The notes under the pieces were generated by a model that saw only the letters and a list, made by a program, of their open reading frames with translations, made no database searches and was not told the DNA's origin. 64,000 nt of DNA from Gemmatimonadota bacterium (GTDB taxonomy: Bacteria; Gemmatimonadota; Gemmatimonadetes; Gemmatimonadales; GWC2-71-9). The stretch is taken from positions 395-64,394 of the forward strand of contig JANNSD010000152.1 of the NCBI GenBank assembly GCA_031402225.1. The letters run 5' to 3'. A program made the position numbers and the translations under genes. Below, in pieces: positions 1 to 9,757 of this stretch. Every line of letters begins with the position of its first letter. The stretch's first letter is position 1.

Positions 1-492
1 TATCCGGAGCTCAAGCGTGCGCTGCAGACCGGCGAGACGGTGTTCATTGCCGATGCCGCCGACGACCCGGCCCTCAAGCATGTGCGCGGCCAGCTGCTCA
101 GTCGCCGGGTCAAGACCATCACCGTGGTGCCCATCACGTGGCGTGCGGTGGCCATCGGCGCGATTTTCCTGCGCACCTTCCGCGACGGACCTTCCTTCTC
201 CGAATCAGACATCCAGTTTTGCCGGGTCGTGGCCAACCTCACCGCCAAGGCCCTGCGCAACGCGCACCGGTTCGAGCGGCTGCAGGAACGCATGGGCGAC
301 GAGCCGGCCGGCCGTGCGCAGGACCGCGAGCGCGTCGCGATCCTGGGCTACCTGCGCCGACTGCTGGACACTTTCTCCGACAAGCAGGGACCGTGGAGCG
401 AGAGCCTCCTCGCCCGCGCGAGCGCCGAGGAAATCGACCGCCTCGTCGGGGTGACGATGACGGTGATTACGCAGGAGGCGACGGGCCGGTGA
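1..492 (+). CDS. GAF-domain-containing protein, 5'-truncated by the window edge
   Basis: Frame is open from base 1 (YPELKRALQTGETVFIAD...). GAF-like pattern TITVVPITWRAVAIGAIFL...FSESDIQFCRVVANLTAKALRNA. Stop overlaps the ligA start (GTGA). Confidence 0.7.
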   Translation, partial: YPELKRALQTGETVFIADAADDPALKHVRGQLLSRRVKTITVVPITWRAVAIGAIFLRTFRDGPSFSESDIQFCRVVANLTAKALRNAHRFERLQERMGDEPAGRAQDRERVAILGYLRRLLDTFSDKQGPWSESLLARASAEEIDRLVGVTMTVITQEATGR

Positions 493-2519
493 ACCCGCCG
501 GTGGCGGCGGCGGCACGACGCGAGCGTGCCGCCGCCCTTCGCCATCAGATCGACCAGGCGAACCACGCCTACTACGTCCTCGACGCGCCGACCATCTCCG
601 ACGCCGAGTACGACCAACTCTTCCGCGAGCTCCAGGCACTCGAAGCAGCGCATCCCGAGCTTCGCTCGCCCGACAGCCCCACCCTCCGCGTCGGCGCCGC
701 ACCCGCTACCTCCCTGGCCAAGCACGTGCATGCCCGTCCGATGCTCTCGCTGGCCAACGCCTTCACGCCCGAGGAGCTCGTGGCGTGGGAGGAGCGGAAC
801 GCCCGCCTCGCCTCCGCCGTGAAGACCGCCGGCTATGCCCTCGAGATCAAGATCGACGGGGCGGCGGTGAGCCTCACCTACGAAGCCGGGAGGTTCCTGC
901 GCGGCACTACCCGGGGCAACGGGCTGGTGGGCGAGGATATCACGCCCAACCTGCGCACCATCCACGACATTCCGCTCAAGCTCAAGGGATCGGGTCACCC
1001 CGCACTGATGGAAGTGCGGGGCGAGGTCTACCTGCCCTTCAAGAATTTCGAGCGCGTCAACCGGGAGCGCGAGGAGGCGGGAGAACCGGTGTTTGCCAAC
1101 CCGCGCAACTCGGCGTCCGGCGGGCTGCGCGCGCTCGACCCGGACATCACCCGCCGTCGCCGGCTGCGCATGTTCGCGTTCACCGCCGAGGTGATCGACG
1201 GGCCGGCGATCGCGGCTACGCAGCACGGGCTGCTGGAACAGCTCGAGCAGTGGGGCTTCCAGGTCGAGCCGCATCACTCCTGCGCGGCAACCATCGCCGG
1301 GGTTCAGGAGCAGGTCGCCGCTCTGGCGGACGCGCTGTCGTCCCTTCCTTTTGCGGCCGACGGGGTGGTGGTGAAGGTTGATCGCCTGTCCCTGCAATCG
1401 GAACTCGGCACCATCAGTGATCGCGAGCCGCGCTGGGCCATTGCGCGGAAGTTCGCGCCCGAGATCGCGGTGACGCAGCTGCGGAAGATTCACATCAACG
1501 TCGGCCGTACTGGTGCACTGAGCCCGTGGGCCGAACTGGAGCCAGTGGAGCTCGCCGGCGTCACGGTGTCCAGGGCGACGCTGCACAATGAGGATGTGAT
1601 CGCCCAGAAGGACATCAGGGAGGGTGACTGGGTGGAGGTGGTGCGCGCGGGTGAGGTGATCCCCCAGGTGCTGGGACCGGTCCGTGAGCGCCGAGTGGGC
1701 ACCGAGCAGCCGTTCATCATGCCGGACCATTGTCCGGTGTGTGGCACGCCAGCCCAGCGCTCGGAGGAAGAGGCCGTCCGCTTCTGCCCGAACATCGACT
1801 GCGCCGGACGCGTGCTGGAGGGCATCGTGCACTATGCCGGCCGCGGCGCGCTAGACATCCGGGGCCTGGGCTATGAGCGGGTCCGCCAGCTGCTCGATGC
1901 CGGGTTGATCCGCGATGTCGCTGACCTGTATGGCCTCGACGCCGGGCAATTGATGAAACTCGACCGGTTCGCCGCGCAATCGGCGGAGCAACTGGTCCAG
2001 GCGATCGCCACCTCGAAATCGCAGCCGCTCTCGCTGCTCCTGTTCGGCCTGGGCATCCGGCACGTGGGGAAGCAGGTGGCCCAGACCCTCGCGCGGCACT
2101 TCGGGACGCTCGACGCCCTGCTGGCGGCGCGCCAGGAGGATATCGACCAGGTGCGGGGCGTTGGCAGCGCCATTGGCGGAGCAGTGGCGGATTTCCTGGC
2201 GCAGCCGCGGAATCGTCAAGTCCTCGAGCGCCTGCGCGCCGCGGGTGTCAACTTCGCCGAGCCGCACGCGGCCGCGAGTGATGGCCCGCTCAGTGGCCTG
2301 ACGGTCGTCCTGACCGGTACCCTGCCCACGCTGAGCCGCGCGAGGGCCGCCGAACTGATCGAAGGCGCGGGGGGACGGATCGCGTCCGGCGTCAGCAAGA
2401 AGACCAGTTTCGTGGTGGCGGGAGAGGAAGCGGGCAGCAAGCTGGACAAGGCCAGGACGCTGGGCGTCGAAATACTCGATGAGGCGGAACTCTTGCGCCG
2501 CCTTGGGCCCACGCCGTAA
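489..2519 (+). CDS. ligA: NAD-dependent DNA ligase
   Basis: YYVLDAPTISDAEYD, KIDG adenylation motif, ANPRN, zinc finger CPVC...C...C, HhH region and C-terminal BRCT (SVSKKT-like). GTG start at 489. Confidence 0.98.
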   Translation: MNPPVAAAARRERAAALRHQIDQANHAYYVLDAPTISDAEYDQLFRELQALEAAHPELRSPDSPTLRVGAAPATSLAKHVHARPMLSLANAFTPEELVAWEERNARLASAVKTAGYALEIKIDGAAVSLTYEAGRFLRGTTRGNGLVGEDITPNLRTIHDIPLKLKGSGHPALMEVRGEVYLPFKNFERVNREREEAGEPVFANPRNSASGGLRALDPDITRRRRLRMFAFTAEVIDGPAIAATQHGLLEQLEQWGFQVEPHHSCAATIAGVQEQVAALADALSSLPFAADGVVVKVDRLSLQSELGTISDREPRWAIARKFAPEIAVTQLRKIHINVGRTGALSPWAELEPVELAGVTVSRATLHNEDVIAQKDIREGDWVEVVRAGEVIPQVLGPVRERRVGTEQPFIMPDHCPVCGTPAQRSEEEAVRFCPNIDCAGRVLEGIVHYAGRGALDIRGLGYERVRQLLDAGLIRDVADLYGLDAGQLMKLDRFAAQSAEQLVQAIATSKSQPLSLLLFGLGIRHVGKQVAQTLARHFGTLDALLAARQEDIDQVRGVGSAIGGAVADFLAQPRNRQVLERLRAAGVNFAEPHAAASDGPLSGLTVVLTGTLPTLSRARAAELIEGAGGRIASGVSKKTSFVVAGEEAGSKLDKARTLGVEILDEAELLRRLGPTP

Positions 2520-2539
2520 ACTCCCATTCGAATCCAGAC

Positions 2540-3097
2540 ATGAATCCAAGCTTCCTCGCCTCCAGCCACTGCGCCGGCATCGGCCGCCGCTTCTTCCAGC
2601 AGCTCCGCGCCACCCTCGAACGTGAGGTTGGTGTACAGACCGCCGCGTACCTGCAGGAAGCAGGGTTCGCTGGTGGCGCCGAGCTGTACGGTGCCTACGC
2701 CGCGTGGCTGAAGGAAACCTACCAGCTCGCCGATCCGGGCGACCTCGACCAGGCCTTCCTGAGCGAGGTGCTCTCACGCTTCTTCTCGGAAATCGGCTGG
2801 GGCCCATTGACGGCGCGCCCGCTGGGCGATGCCGTGCTGGCCCTCGATGCCATCGAGTGGGCGGAGGCCGGCGAGCCGGGCTCGAGCGAGTATCCCTCCT
2901 GTCATGTGAGTTGCGGCATGCTCGCGGAGTTCTTCGGCCGGCTGTCAGGCCAGGTCACCGCCGTCATGCAGGTTGAGTGTCCCTCCCGGGGGGACCCGCG
3001 AGCCCGGTTCCTGGCTGGCGCTCCCGAGACCCTGGGCGCGATCTACGACCGCATGTCGCAGGGCATGGCATACGGCGAGGCGCTGGGACTTGCGTGA
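2540..3097 (+). CDS. V4R (4-vinyl reductase) domain protein
   Basis: IGWG, SCHVSCGMLAEFF and VECPSRGDPRARF match the V4R small-molecule-binding domain pattern. Confidence 0.75.
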   Translation: MNPSFLASSHCAGIGRRFFQQLRATLEREVGVQTAAYLQEAGFAGGAELYGAYAAWLKETYQLADPGDLDQAFLSEVLSRFFSEIGWGPLTARPLGDAVLALDAIEWAEAGEPGSSEYPSCHVSCGMLAEFFGRLSGQVTAVMQVECPSRGDPRARFLAGAPETLGAIYDRMSQGMAYGEALGLA

Positions 3098-3167
3098 CGT
3101 GAGGACGTGAGGACGTGAGGACGTGAGGACGTGAGGACGTGAGGACGTGAGGACGTGAGGACGTGAG
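3096..3167 (+). repeat. Octamer tandem array (GACGTGAG)x9
   Basis: Nine perfect copies read directly; the first overlaps the TGA stop of the V4R gene. Confidence 0.98.
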
Positions 3168-3174
3168 CCAGAAT

Positions 3175-3202
3175 GTCATCCTGAGCGCAGCGAAGGATCT
3201 AC
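3175..3202 (+). repeat. REP-like short palindromic element GTCATCCTGAG...CGAAGGATCTAC
   Basis: ATCCT/AGGAT inverted repeat; a second copy lies at 14485-14520 on the minus strand. Confidence 0.75.
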
Positions 3203-3218
3203 CTGCAGGCGTTGGGAG

Positions 3219-4901
3219 ATGTCCTTGATCCGCCCGATCAGCCGACTGTCTTTCGCCGCTGTCCTCTTCCCCACCGTGATTGCCGCCCAGTCCCGTCCCG
3301 CCGATCTCGTCGTCACCAACGCTGTTATCTACACCGCCGATGCGGGTCGTCCCCGGGCCGAGGCGATTGCGACCCGCGGCGACCGCATCGTCTTCGTGGG
3401 TTCAAACGCCGAGGCTGTCGGGTTCGCGGGCGAGGGCACGACGCGGATCGACGCTGGCGGGCGACCCGTGTACCCCGGCTTTACCGACGCACATGCGCAC
3501 CTTCGCAACCTGAGCCTCATTCTCGCCACGCTCGACCTGCGCGGCGTGCCTTCGTATGACTCGGTGGTAGCACTCGTCGCGGCAAAGGCCACGGGAACAG
3601 CACCAGGCAGCTGGATCCGCGGTCGCGGCTGGGACCAGAATCTCTGGGGCACCAGGTTCCCCACCAATGCGCTGCTCTCGCGCGCCACGCCGGACAATCC
3701 GGTCTACCTGCGCCGGGTCGATGGTCACGCGGCCCTGGTGAACCAGGCCGCGCTGCGGCTGGCGGGCATCACCCGCACGACGCCGGACCCGCCGGGTGGC
3801 CGCATCATCCGGGACGCGGACGGCGAGCCCACCGGTGTCCTGATCGACCAGGCGTTCATGCTGGTCGAGCAGGTCATACCGCCGGACGATGCCGCCCGGA
3901 TGCAGGCGATGACGCTGCCGGCGATCGCCGAGGCGAATCGGTATGGACTGACGGCCATGCACGATGCCGGCGTCGGGCCAAGGGAGCTCGCCGCGTACGA
4001 GGCCCTGGCGCGCGACGGCAGGTTCAACCTGCGCAGCTACGCCATGATCGCGGGCGGCAGCGACACCAGCGCCTTCCTGGCACAGCAGTTCGCACTCGGA
4101 CCTCGCGAGGCGTTGTACGGCGGTCGACTCTGGATTCGCGCGATCAAGATCGAGTTCGACGGTGCCATGGGCAGCCGGGGGGCGGCGTTGCTGGAGCCGT
4201 ACTCCGACGACCCCGGCAACGTGGGCCTCTTCAGGATTCCGCCCGAGCAAGTCGAGCGCATTGCCGTGCGGGCACTGCAGCGCGGGTACCAGATGGCCAC
4301 GCACGCCATTGGCGACCGCGCCAACCGGGTGGCGCTCGACCTCTACGCTTCGGCGCTACGCCAGGTCCCCACCGCCGATCACCGGTTCCGCATCGAACAC
4401 GCACAACTTCTGTCGCCCCAGGACATCCCGCGGTTCACGGAACTTGGCGTGATTCCCTCGATGCAGGGCAGTCACCAGACGAGCGACATGCCGTGGATCG
4501 CAGACCGCATCGGGCCGTCGCGCGTGTACGGCGCCTATGTCTGGCGCTCGCTGCGGGAAACTGGCGTGATCATCCCGAACGGCTCCGATGCCCCAGTGGA
4601 GTCGATCAATCCGCTGATATCATTTCATTCCTTCGTGACGCGCCAGGACGCCAACAACAAGCCGGCAAGTGGATGGTTCCCGGCGCAGCGCCTGAGCCGG
4701 GAAGAGGCGCTGCTCGGCATGACGCTGTGGCCAGCCTACGCGTCATTCATGGAGAACGATGCGGGGAGCCTGACGGTCGGCAAGTACGCCGACTTCGTGA
4801 TCCTGGACCAGGACATCATGACGGTGCCGGTCGGGAAGATCCTTGCGACGAAAGTGGTGAAGACGGTGCTGGGTGGAAAGACGATATTTGAACGGAACTA
4901 G
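3219..4901 (+). CDS. Amidohydrolase 3 family (YtcJ-like) with signal peptide
   Basis: PGFTDAHAH, HAIGDRA, RIEHAQ, GSDAPVE and GKYADFVILD motifs. Confidence 0.92.
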   Translation: MSLIRPISRLSFAAVLFPTVIAAQSRPADLVVTNAVIYTADAGRPRAEAIATRGDRIVFVGSNAEAVGFAGEGTTRIDAGGRPVYPGFTDAHAHLRNLSLILATLDLRGVPSYDSVVALVAAKATGTAPGSWIRGRGWDQNLWGTRFPTNALLSRATPDNPVYLRRVDGHAALVNQAALRLAGITRTTPDPPGGRIIRDADGEPTGVLIDQAFMLVEQVIPPDDAARMQAMTLPAIAEANRYGLTAMHDAGVGPRELAAYEALARDGRFNLRSYAMIAGGSDTSAFLAQQFALGPREALYGGRLWIRAIKIEFDGAMGSRGAALLEPYSDDPGNVGLFRIPPEQVERIAVRALQRGYQMATHAIGDRANRVALDLYASALRQVPTADHRFRIEHAQLLSPQDIPRFTELGVIPSMQGSHQTSDMPWIADRIGPSRVYGAYVWRSLRETGVIIPNGSDAPVESINPLISFHSFVTRQDANNKPASGWFPAQRLSREEALLGMTLWPAYASFMENDAGSLTVGKYADFVILDQDIMTVPVGKILATKVVKTVLGGKTIFERN

Positions 4902-4907
4902 GCGTCC

Positions 4908-5915
4908 TCACGGCCTCTTCAGCAGCTTGACGTCGCCCGAGCCGGTGTCGATGTCGATCCGACCGGTGCCGGAACCAATCGTGCCGATCAGTTCGTCACC
5001 GCCGGTCTTGCGCACCTGAATCGGGAAATCCGTGGTGATGTCGCCGCTGCCGGTCTCGATCGCCACCTGCGCACTGAGCGTCGCCGGCACGGTAATGCTC
5101 ACGTCACCAGATCCGGTGTCCACCTGGAGCTGATCCACGGTGGCCATGAGCCCCAGGTTCACCGATCCGCTCCCGGTATCGATGGACACGTTCTCCGACG
5201 TCACGTCAGTGAGTGAGACGTCACCCGACCCGGTATCCACATTGAGGTCCGCCGTCTTGATACCGGTGCCCGTCACGTTGCCCGACCCGGTATCGATTGA
5301 CACCGCACGGCCGGATACGCGCGACACCTTTACGTCGCCTGACCCGGTGTCGATGCTGAGCTCGCCCGTGATACCGGTGACGTCGACGCCGCCGCTCGAG
5401 GTATCCAGCCGCAGGTTGCCGTTGACGTTGGAAGCAGTGATATCGCCGACACCGAGGTAAACGTTCACGCTCTTGCCCTCGGGAACGCTGATGACGAGGC
5501 TGGCGTGCGCCTCGAGCCCTGAACCAGATCCGGAGATCCGCACACGGCCACCCTGGTTGCGTTGGCGAGACTCGTCATCGCCGCCGAAGGTGCCGTCCTC
5601 ACGGACGGAGAGTTCGGTGCTGCTTCCCTTACCCATGTCGCCGAAGATGATCCGGTCGGAGGGATAGATCACGCGCAGTGCGTTCCGTCCCCGGACGCTG
5701 CCCTCCGCAAAGGTGAGCTTGGCGCCGTCACTGCCCCCTGGCGTCACGGCCACCGTCACTGAACTGCCGCTCCCGGCCGAAACCCTGACGGTCCCCGCGA
5801 GATTGTAGACCGCGACCTCGTCGCCTGAGAGGGTGAACTGCTTCTGGGCCTGGGCCAGCCCTGGGACGCACAGGGCAAGCGCCGCCAGTCCCATCGACGC
5901 GCGTGCGAATGACAT
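4908..5915 (-). CDS. DUF4097-type beta-strand repeat protein, secreted
   Basis: Signal peptide; repeated (I/V)DTGSGDV units; GGAGG RBS before ATG at 5915. Confidence 0.85.
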   Translation of the reverse strand: MSFARASMGLAALALCVPGLAQAQKQFTLSGDEVAVYNLAGTVRVSAGSGSSVTVAVTPGGSDGAKLTFAEGSVRGRNALRVIYPSDRIIFGDMGKGSSTELSVREDGTFGGDDESRQRNQGGRVRISGSGSGLEAHASLVISVPEGKSVNVYLGVGDITASNVNGNLRLDTSSGGVDVTGITGELSIDTGSGDVKVSRVSGRAVSIDTGSGNVTGTGIKTADLNVDTGSGDVSLTDVTSENVSIDTGSGSVNLGLMATVDQLQVDTGSGDVSITVPATLSAQVAIETGSGDITTDFPIQVRKTGGDELIGTIGSGTGRIDIDTGSGDVKLLKRP

Positions 5916-5978
5916 CGAACCTCCGGCCATTGTGGGTTACGGGGCCTTAGACGGGAGGGGGTGGTGAAAGGTTGCACG

Positions 5979-7274
5979 TCAGCGAGGTGCGACCGTCATC
6001 CCCTCCAGTAGCAGCGGGGGCAGCAACGAGCTGCCGACCCAGCGCGCATCGCGGCCAATACCCCCGATGGACCCGAGGGCGTCGAAGACATTTCCGGCGA
6101 TGACCACACCCTCGACGCGCCCGGTCACCTCCCCGCCCTGCACCCGGTAGCCGAGCACCACCGGATGGGTGAAGGCCCCGGAGCGGGAGCTGCCACCGGT
6201 TCCGCCGGCAACGGCATCGACGAGCAGGCCATCGCCCATGGCAGCGATGAGCGCCATCAGGTCATGCTCGCCTGCATGCAGGACCAGATTGGAGAAGGCG
6301 GGCTGAGTCTTGCCGAAGGTTGAACGGCGACCGTGGCCGGTGGATGGGCGCCCCGCGAGCGCGCCGGTCTCCAGGTCGTAGATGCAGCGGCGGATCACGC
6401 CGCCCTCGATGAGCGGTGCCCGGAAGCTCGGAACGCCCTCATCGTCAACCGGCCGGGAGCCCGCCTGCCCGTCGCGCAGCGGGTCGTCCGTCAGGAAGAG
6501 ACTCGGGTGCAGCACCTGTGCCCCGAGGCTCTCGGCGAGCGGCGAAGTGCCCAGGAGGCAGGCCTTTCCGACCAGTGCCTGCTGCACCGGCGCCAGCAGC
6601 ACTCGCACCGCTTCGGGAAGGAGCAGCACCGGCGCGGTGGCGGCGGGCGCTGGCGCCGACAGCTCGGCCCACGCGAGCCGCTGTTCGACGTCGGCCACGA
6701 GCACGTCGAGCGCCGCATCATCGGGCAGGTCAGCCCCCGCTACATGGGTGACGACCTGAACGCTGCCACCTTCCGATGGGCCTACCACGTCGATGTCGAG
6801 CGCCACCAGCGTCACCTGGTATTCCGTGTCTACACCGCGGGTATTGCCCACCTGCACTGATCCCACCGAGCGCTCCACATGTACTGTGACGCTGCGACCG
6901 CTCTGCCGCAGTCGATTGGTCAGCAGGCCGCCCAGCTGCCCCAGTTGCGTCACGGTGGCCGCCGCGGCCCGCGGCACATGGGTATGGACCTGCGGCAGCG
7001 GTGACGGGCTGGGCAACAGCAGCGGGGCCGCGTCGCCCGCGGCAGCCGATGCGAAAGCAGCGTCCAGCAGCGCGTCCGGATCGGTCACCGTGGTACCGGC
7101 CACGCCAACCCGCCCATCCACGACAACCCGCAGGCTGTGGCCCGCCTGTTCGGCGGTGTGCGCAGCGATGAGGTTGCCGTCGCGCAACCGCAGCGTGAGC
7201 GTTTCGTCGGTCTTGCTGACGGCGTCGGCCATCTGCACGCGCGCGCGCGCGGCGTCCAGCAGTCGTGCGATCAC
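5979..7274 (-). CDS. PmbA/TldE family metalloprotease subunit
   Basis: DDP...GSRPVDDEGVP, STGHG, SGAF; no HExxxH motif; directly downstream of tldD. Confidence 0.85.
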   Translation of the reverse strand: MIARLLDAARARVQMADAVSKTDETLTLRLRDGNLIAAHTAEQAGHSLRVVVDGRVGVAGTTVTDPDALLDAAFASAAAGDAAPLLLPSPSPLPQVHTHVPRAAAATVTQLGQLGGLLTNRLRQSGRSVTVHVERSVGSVQVGNTRGVDTEYQVTLVALDIDVVGPSEGGSVQVVTHVAGADLPDDAALDVLVADVEQRLAWAELSAPAPAATAPVLLLPEAVRVLLAPVQQALVGKACLLGTSPLAESLGAQVLHPSLFLTDDPLRDGQAGSRPVDDEGVPSFRAPLIEGGVIRRCIYDLETGALAGRPSTGHGRRSTFGKTQPAFSNLVLHAGEHDLMALIAAMGDGLLVDAVAGGTGGSSRSGAFTHPVVLGYRVQGGEVTGRVEGVVIAGNVFDALGSIGGIGRDARWVGSSLLPPLLLEGMTVAPR

Positions 7275-8647
7275 GGCGCCTGACCCCGCACTTCAGCGGT
7301 GCGCAGGCGGATGTGTGGCGCCCCCTCGGACACCGGCAGCGGCGACTGGCCACCCTTGCCACAACCGCCACCCGACTCATGCCAGCGGAAGTCCCCGGCC
7401 ACACGATCCACGGCACCGAGAATGTCCGTCACGAATCCCGCCAATACCACACCCTTGACCGGCTCGGCCAGCGCGCCGTCACGGATCATGTACCCGTGGC
7501 CAGCGGTGAACGAATAGCTGTCGCCGCGGTGCCGGCTGCCCACGGCATCACAGGCGTAGACCCCGAGCTTCACGTCGCGGATCAGGTCCGCAAAGGTGCC
7601 GGTGCCGTTGGCGACATAGGTATTGGTGAGCCGGACGAGCGGTACGTGGCGGAAGGACAGCGCGCGCGCATTGCCAGTGGGACGCTCACCGAACCGCGCG
7701 GCCGTTTCGCGGGAATGCAGGCGGCCGACCACGACGCCGTGCTGCACCAACAGGGTATTGCTGGGTGGCGTGCCCTCGTGGTCGAACGGGTGGGTGCCGC
7801 GCAGGCCCACGACACTGCCGTCATCCCCGATCGTCAGCAGGTCGCTGCCCAGTTGCCGCCCGAGGGCGGCGAGACCGGCGGCCACGGGATTCTCAAGCTG
7901 CGTGTCCGCCTCGCACAGGTGCCCGACCGTCTCGTGCGCCACCACGCCGGCGAGCCGGGGGTCAAGCACGACCGGGTAGCTCCCACTTCGCACCGGCCCG
8001 GCATCGAGCAGGCTCACCGCGCGCCGGGCGGCCGTTCGGAAGAGTTCCTCCTGGTCGCGCACCCGGGACCAGCCACCGCACGCACCCAGCGACTCCACGG
8101 CCCGCTCCAGCACGCCCCCGTCGCGCGCCACCGCGAGGGCCGCAAGGGTCACGTCGGGACGGAGCTCGTGCAGGGTCGTGCCGTCGGAGTTCACGAACCA
8201 GCACTCGGTGACCTCGTCCCGGTACGCCGCCTGGGTGTCCACAATCCGCCGGTCGAAGCGGAGCATCTCGGCGTTCAGGTGCTCCAGGTACCGCCGCTTC
8301 TCGAGCAGCGAGATGTCGCGCGGATCGTCGATCAGGGCCGGCCGGACGTGTCCTTCGCGCACCGGCGCCGGAGCCAGCTCGACCGGATCGGGCGGCCGCA
8401 CCGCAAGCGAAAGCTCATGCGCCTGCGCCATGCGGGCCACGAGATCGTCCAGCCGGTTGAAGCTGGCGACGCCCCAGCCATGGCCACGGTTGAGGCACCG
8501 CACCGTGCCACCCACGTCCGTCCCGGTGCTTGCCCCCTCCAGCCGCCGCCCCCTCCACGCAACGCTCGTGATAGACGAGCGTTCCAGGCGGATATCGGCA
8601 TAGTCGGCGCGGGAGCTCGTGATCGCGTCGAGGAGTCGTTCGAGCAC
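7271..8647 (-). CDS. tldD: TldD family metalloprotease
   Basis: YADIRLE, HETVGHLCEAD, FDHEGTP, TGNARA, RLTNTY, CGKGGQSPLPVSEGAPHIR. GTG start inferred. Confidence 0.9.
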   Translation of the reverse strand: MLERLLDAITSSRADYADIRLERSSITSVAWRGRRLEGASTGTDVGGTVRCLNRGHGWGVASFNRLDDLVARMAQAHELSLAVRPPDPVELAPAPVREGHVRPALIDDPRDISLLEKRRYLEHLNAEMLRFDRRIVDTQAAYRDEVTECWFVNSDGTTLHELRPDVTLAALAVARDGGVLERAVESLGACGGWSRVRDQEELFRTAARRAVSLLDAGPVRSGSYPVVLDPRLAGVVAHETVGHLCEADTQLENPVAAGLAALGRQLGSDLLTIGDDGSVVGLRGTHPFDHEGTPPSNTLLVQHGVVVGRLHSRETAARFGERPTGNARALSFRHVPLVRLTNTYVANGTGTFADLIRDVKLGVYACDAVGSRHRGDSYSFTAGHGYMIRDGALAEPVKGVVLAGFVTDILGAVDRVAGDFRWHESGGGCGKGGQSPLPVSEGAPHIRLRTAEVRGQAP

Positions 8648-8657
8648 GGCGCTATGA

Positions 8658-9164
8658 TCAGCCCAGGCGGGCGGCGTAATCAGGGCGGACGACGAGCTCC
8701 CCATTCTGCACGATTTCGCGGTCCCAGGGCAGGATGATGAAGTTCTCGGTCTCGAAGGCGTGATAGTCCGGCGCGTACGGGCCAGTCTTGAAGGACACGG
8801 CGGTATGTACCTCGGCGGGCCGGAGCGCGCGGACCTCGCTGAGGGCCAGGCGCATGGTGTGCCCTGTATCACACGTCTCGTCGACGATGAGCACCCGCCG
8901 GCCGCGAATGGAGGCAGGCGGGCCGGCCACCAGGACCGGATCCCCGCCCGCCTCCTGGCGCGTCACGATCATGGAAGCAAAGTCACACTGGAGGATGGAC
9001 GCGACCACGGCACCGGGAATGACGCCGGCCTTGGCGATGCCGAGCACGACCTCCGGCTGATACTCCCGGGCGACGTGCAGCGCGAGCGCCCGGCTGAGCT
9101 CGCCGAAGAACGCCCAGTCCACAACCAGGGTACCACGTGGGCCCGACGGCGGCGGCCGACGCAT
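8658..9164 (-). CDS. Phosphoribosyltransferase (type I PRTase)
   Basis: PRPP-binding loop RVLIVDETCDTGHT, plus GIAKAG and IILPW. Confidence 0.85.
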   Translation of the reverse strand: MRRPPPSGPRGTLVVDWAFFGELSRALALHVAREYQPEVVLGIAKAGVIPGAVVASILQCDFASMIVTRQEAGGDPVLVAGPPASIRGRRVLIVDETCDTGHTMRLALSEVRALRPAEVHTAVSFKTGPYAPDYHAFETENFIILPWDREIVQNGELVVRPDYAARLG

Positions 9165-9190
9165 AGAGACTCCGGGGAAGGTGACAGTGA

Positions 9191-9205
9191 GCAAGCAGGG
9201 TGCCG
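9191..9205 (-). promoter_or_regulatory. Putative sigma-54 (-24/-12) promoter for the PRTase-tldD-tldE operon
   Basis: Minus strand reads CGGCAC-CCTGC-TTGC against consensus TGGCAC-N5-TTGC, 26 bp upstream of the ATG. Confidence 0.65.
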
Positions 9206-9325
9206 GAAACCGGCCTGGGGGAGCGACCTGCGTTGCGGTGCTCCGCGCCCACGGACTACAATACTATCGGACGCAGCCACGCGCAGGCCAGTCTTTCACT
9301 TACACCCGGAAAACGCCCTTCCTTC

Positions 9326-9757
9326 ATGAGCATCTGGCGACGACTTTTCGGGGGCAAGGAGAATGTCAGCCCTCAGCGGCTGGATTACCTGAACGAGGCG
9401 CTCGCCCTGGAGCGTCAGGGGGACTACGAGGCGGCGCTCACCTCGTACCGGCTGGCGCATCGCGACAACCCGAACGACGCCCGCATCATGCTCAACATGG
9501 CGATCGCGTTCACCAAGACGGCGCAGCAGGAGGAGGCGATCCGGCTGTACCGTCGCGCGCTCGAGGTGGACCCGACGCTGGCGGGCGCCCACTATGGCCT
9601 CGCCTTCCTGTTGCTCAAGCGGGGGGAGACCGAGGCGGCGTCGGTGCACCTGCGTGAGTTCCTGGCCCGACCGCCCAAGGGCACCGATGCCGAGCGCTGG
9701 GTGCAGCATGCCGAGGAGGCGCTGCGCCAGGTTACGTCCGTGCCGGAGTCGCGATGA
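9326..9757 (+). CDS. Tetratricopeptide repeat protein
   Basis: TPR patterns (EAIRLYRRALEVDPTLAGAHYGLA). Confidence 0.85.
   Translation: MSIWRRLFGGKENVSPQRLDYLNEALALERQGDYEAALTSYRLAHRDNPNDARIMLNMAIAFTKTAQQEEAIRLYRRALEVDPTLAGAHYGLAFLLLKRGETEAASVHLREFLARPPKGTDAERWVQHAEEALRQVTSVPESR

Noticed and set aside
3096-3167. Octamer arrays as a CRISPR array
   Set aside because: Units are 8 bp and contiguous, with no unique spacers and no cas genes.
4908-5915. Nucleotide repeats in the DUF4097 gene
   Set aside because: Explained by protein-level DTGSGDV beta-repeats with synonymous divergence.
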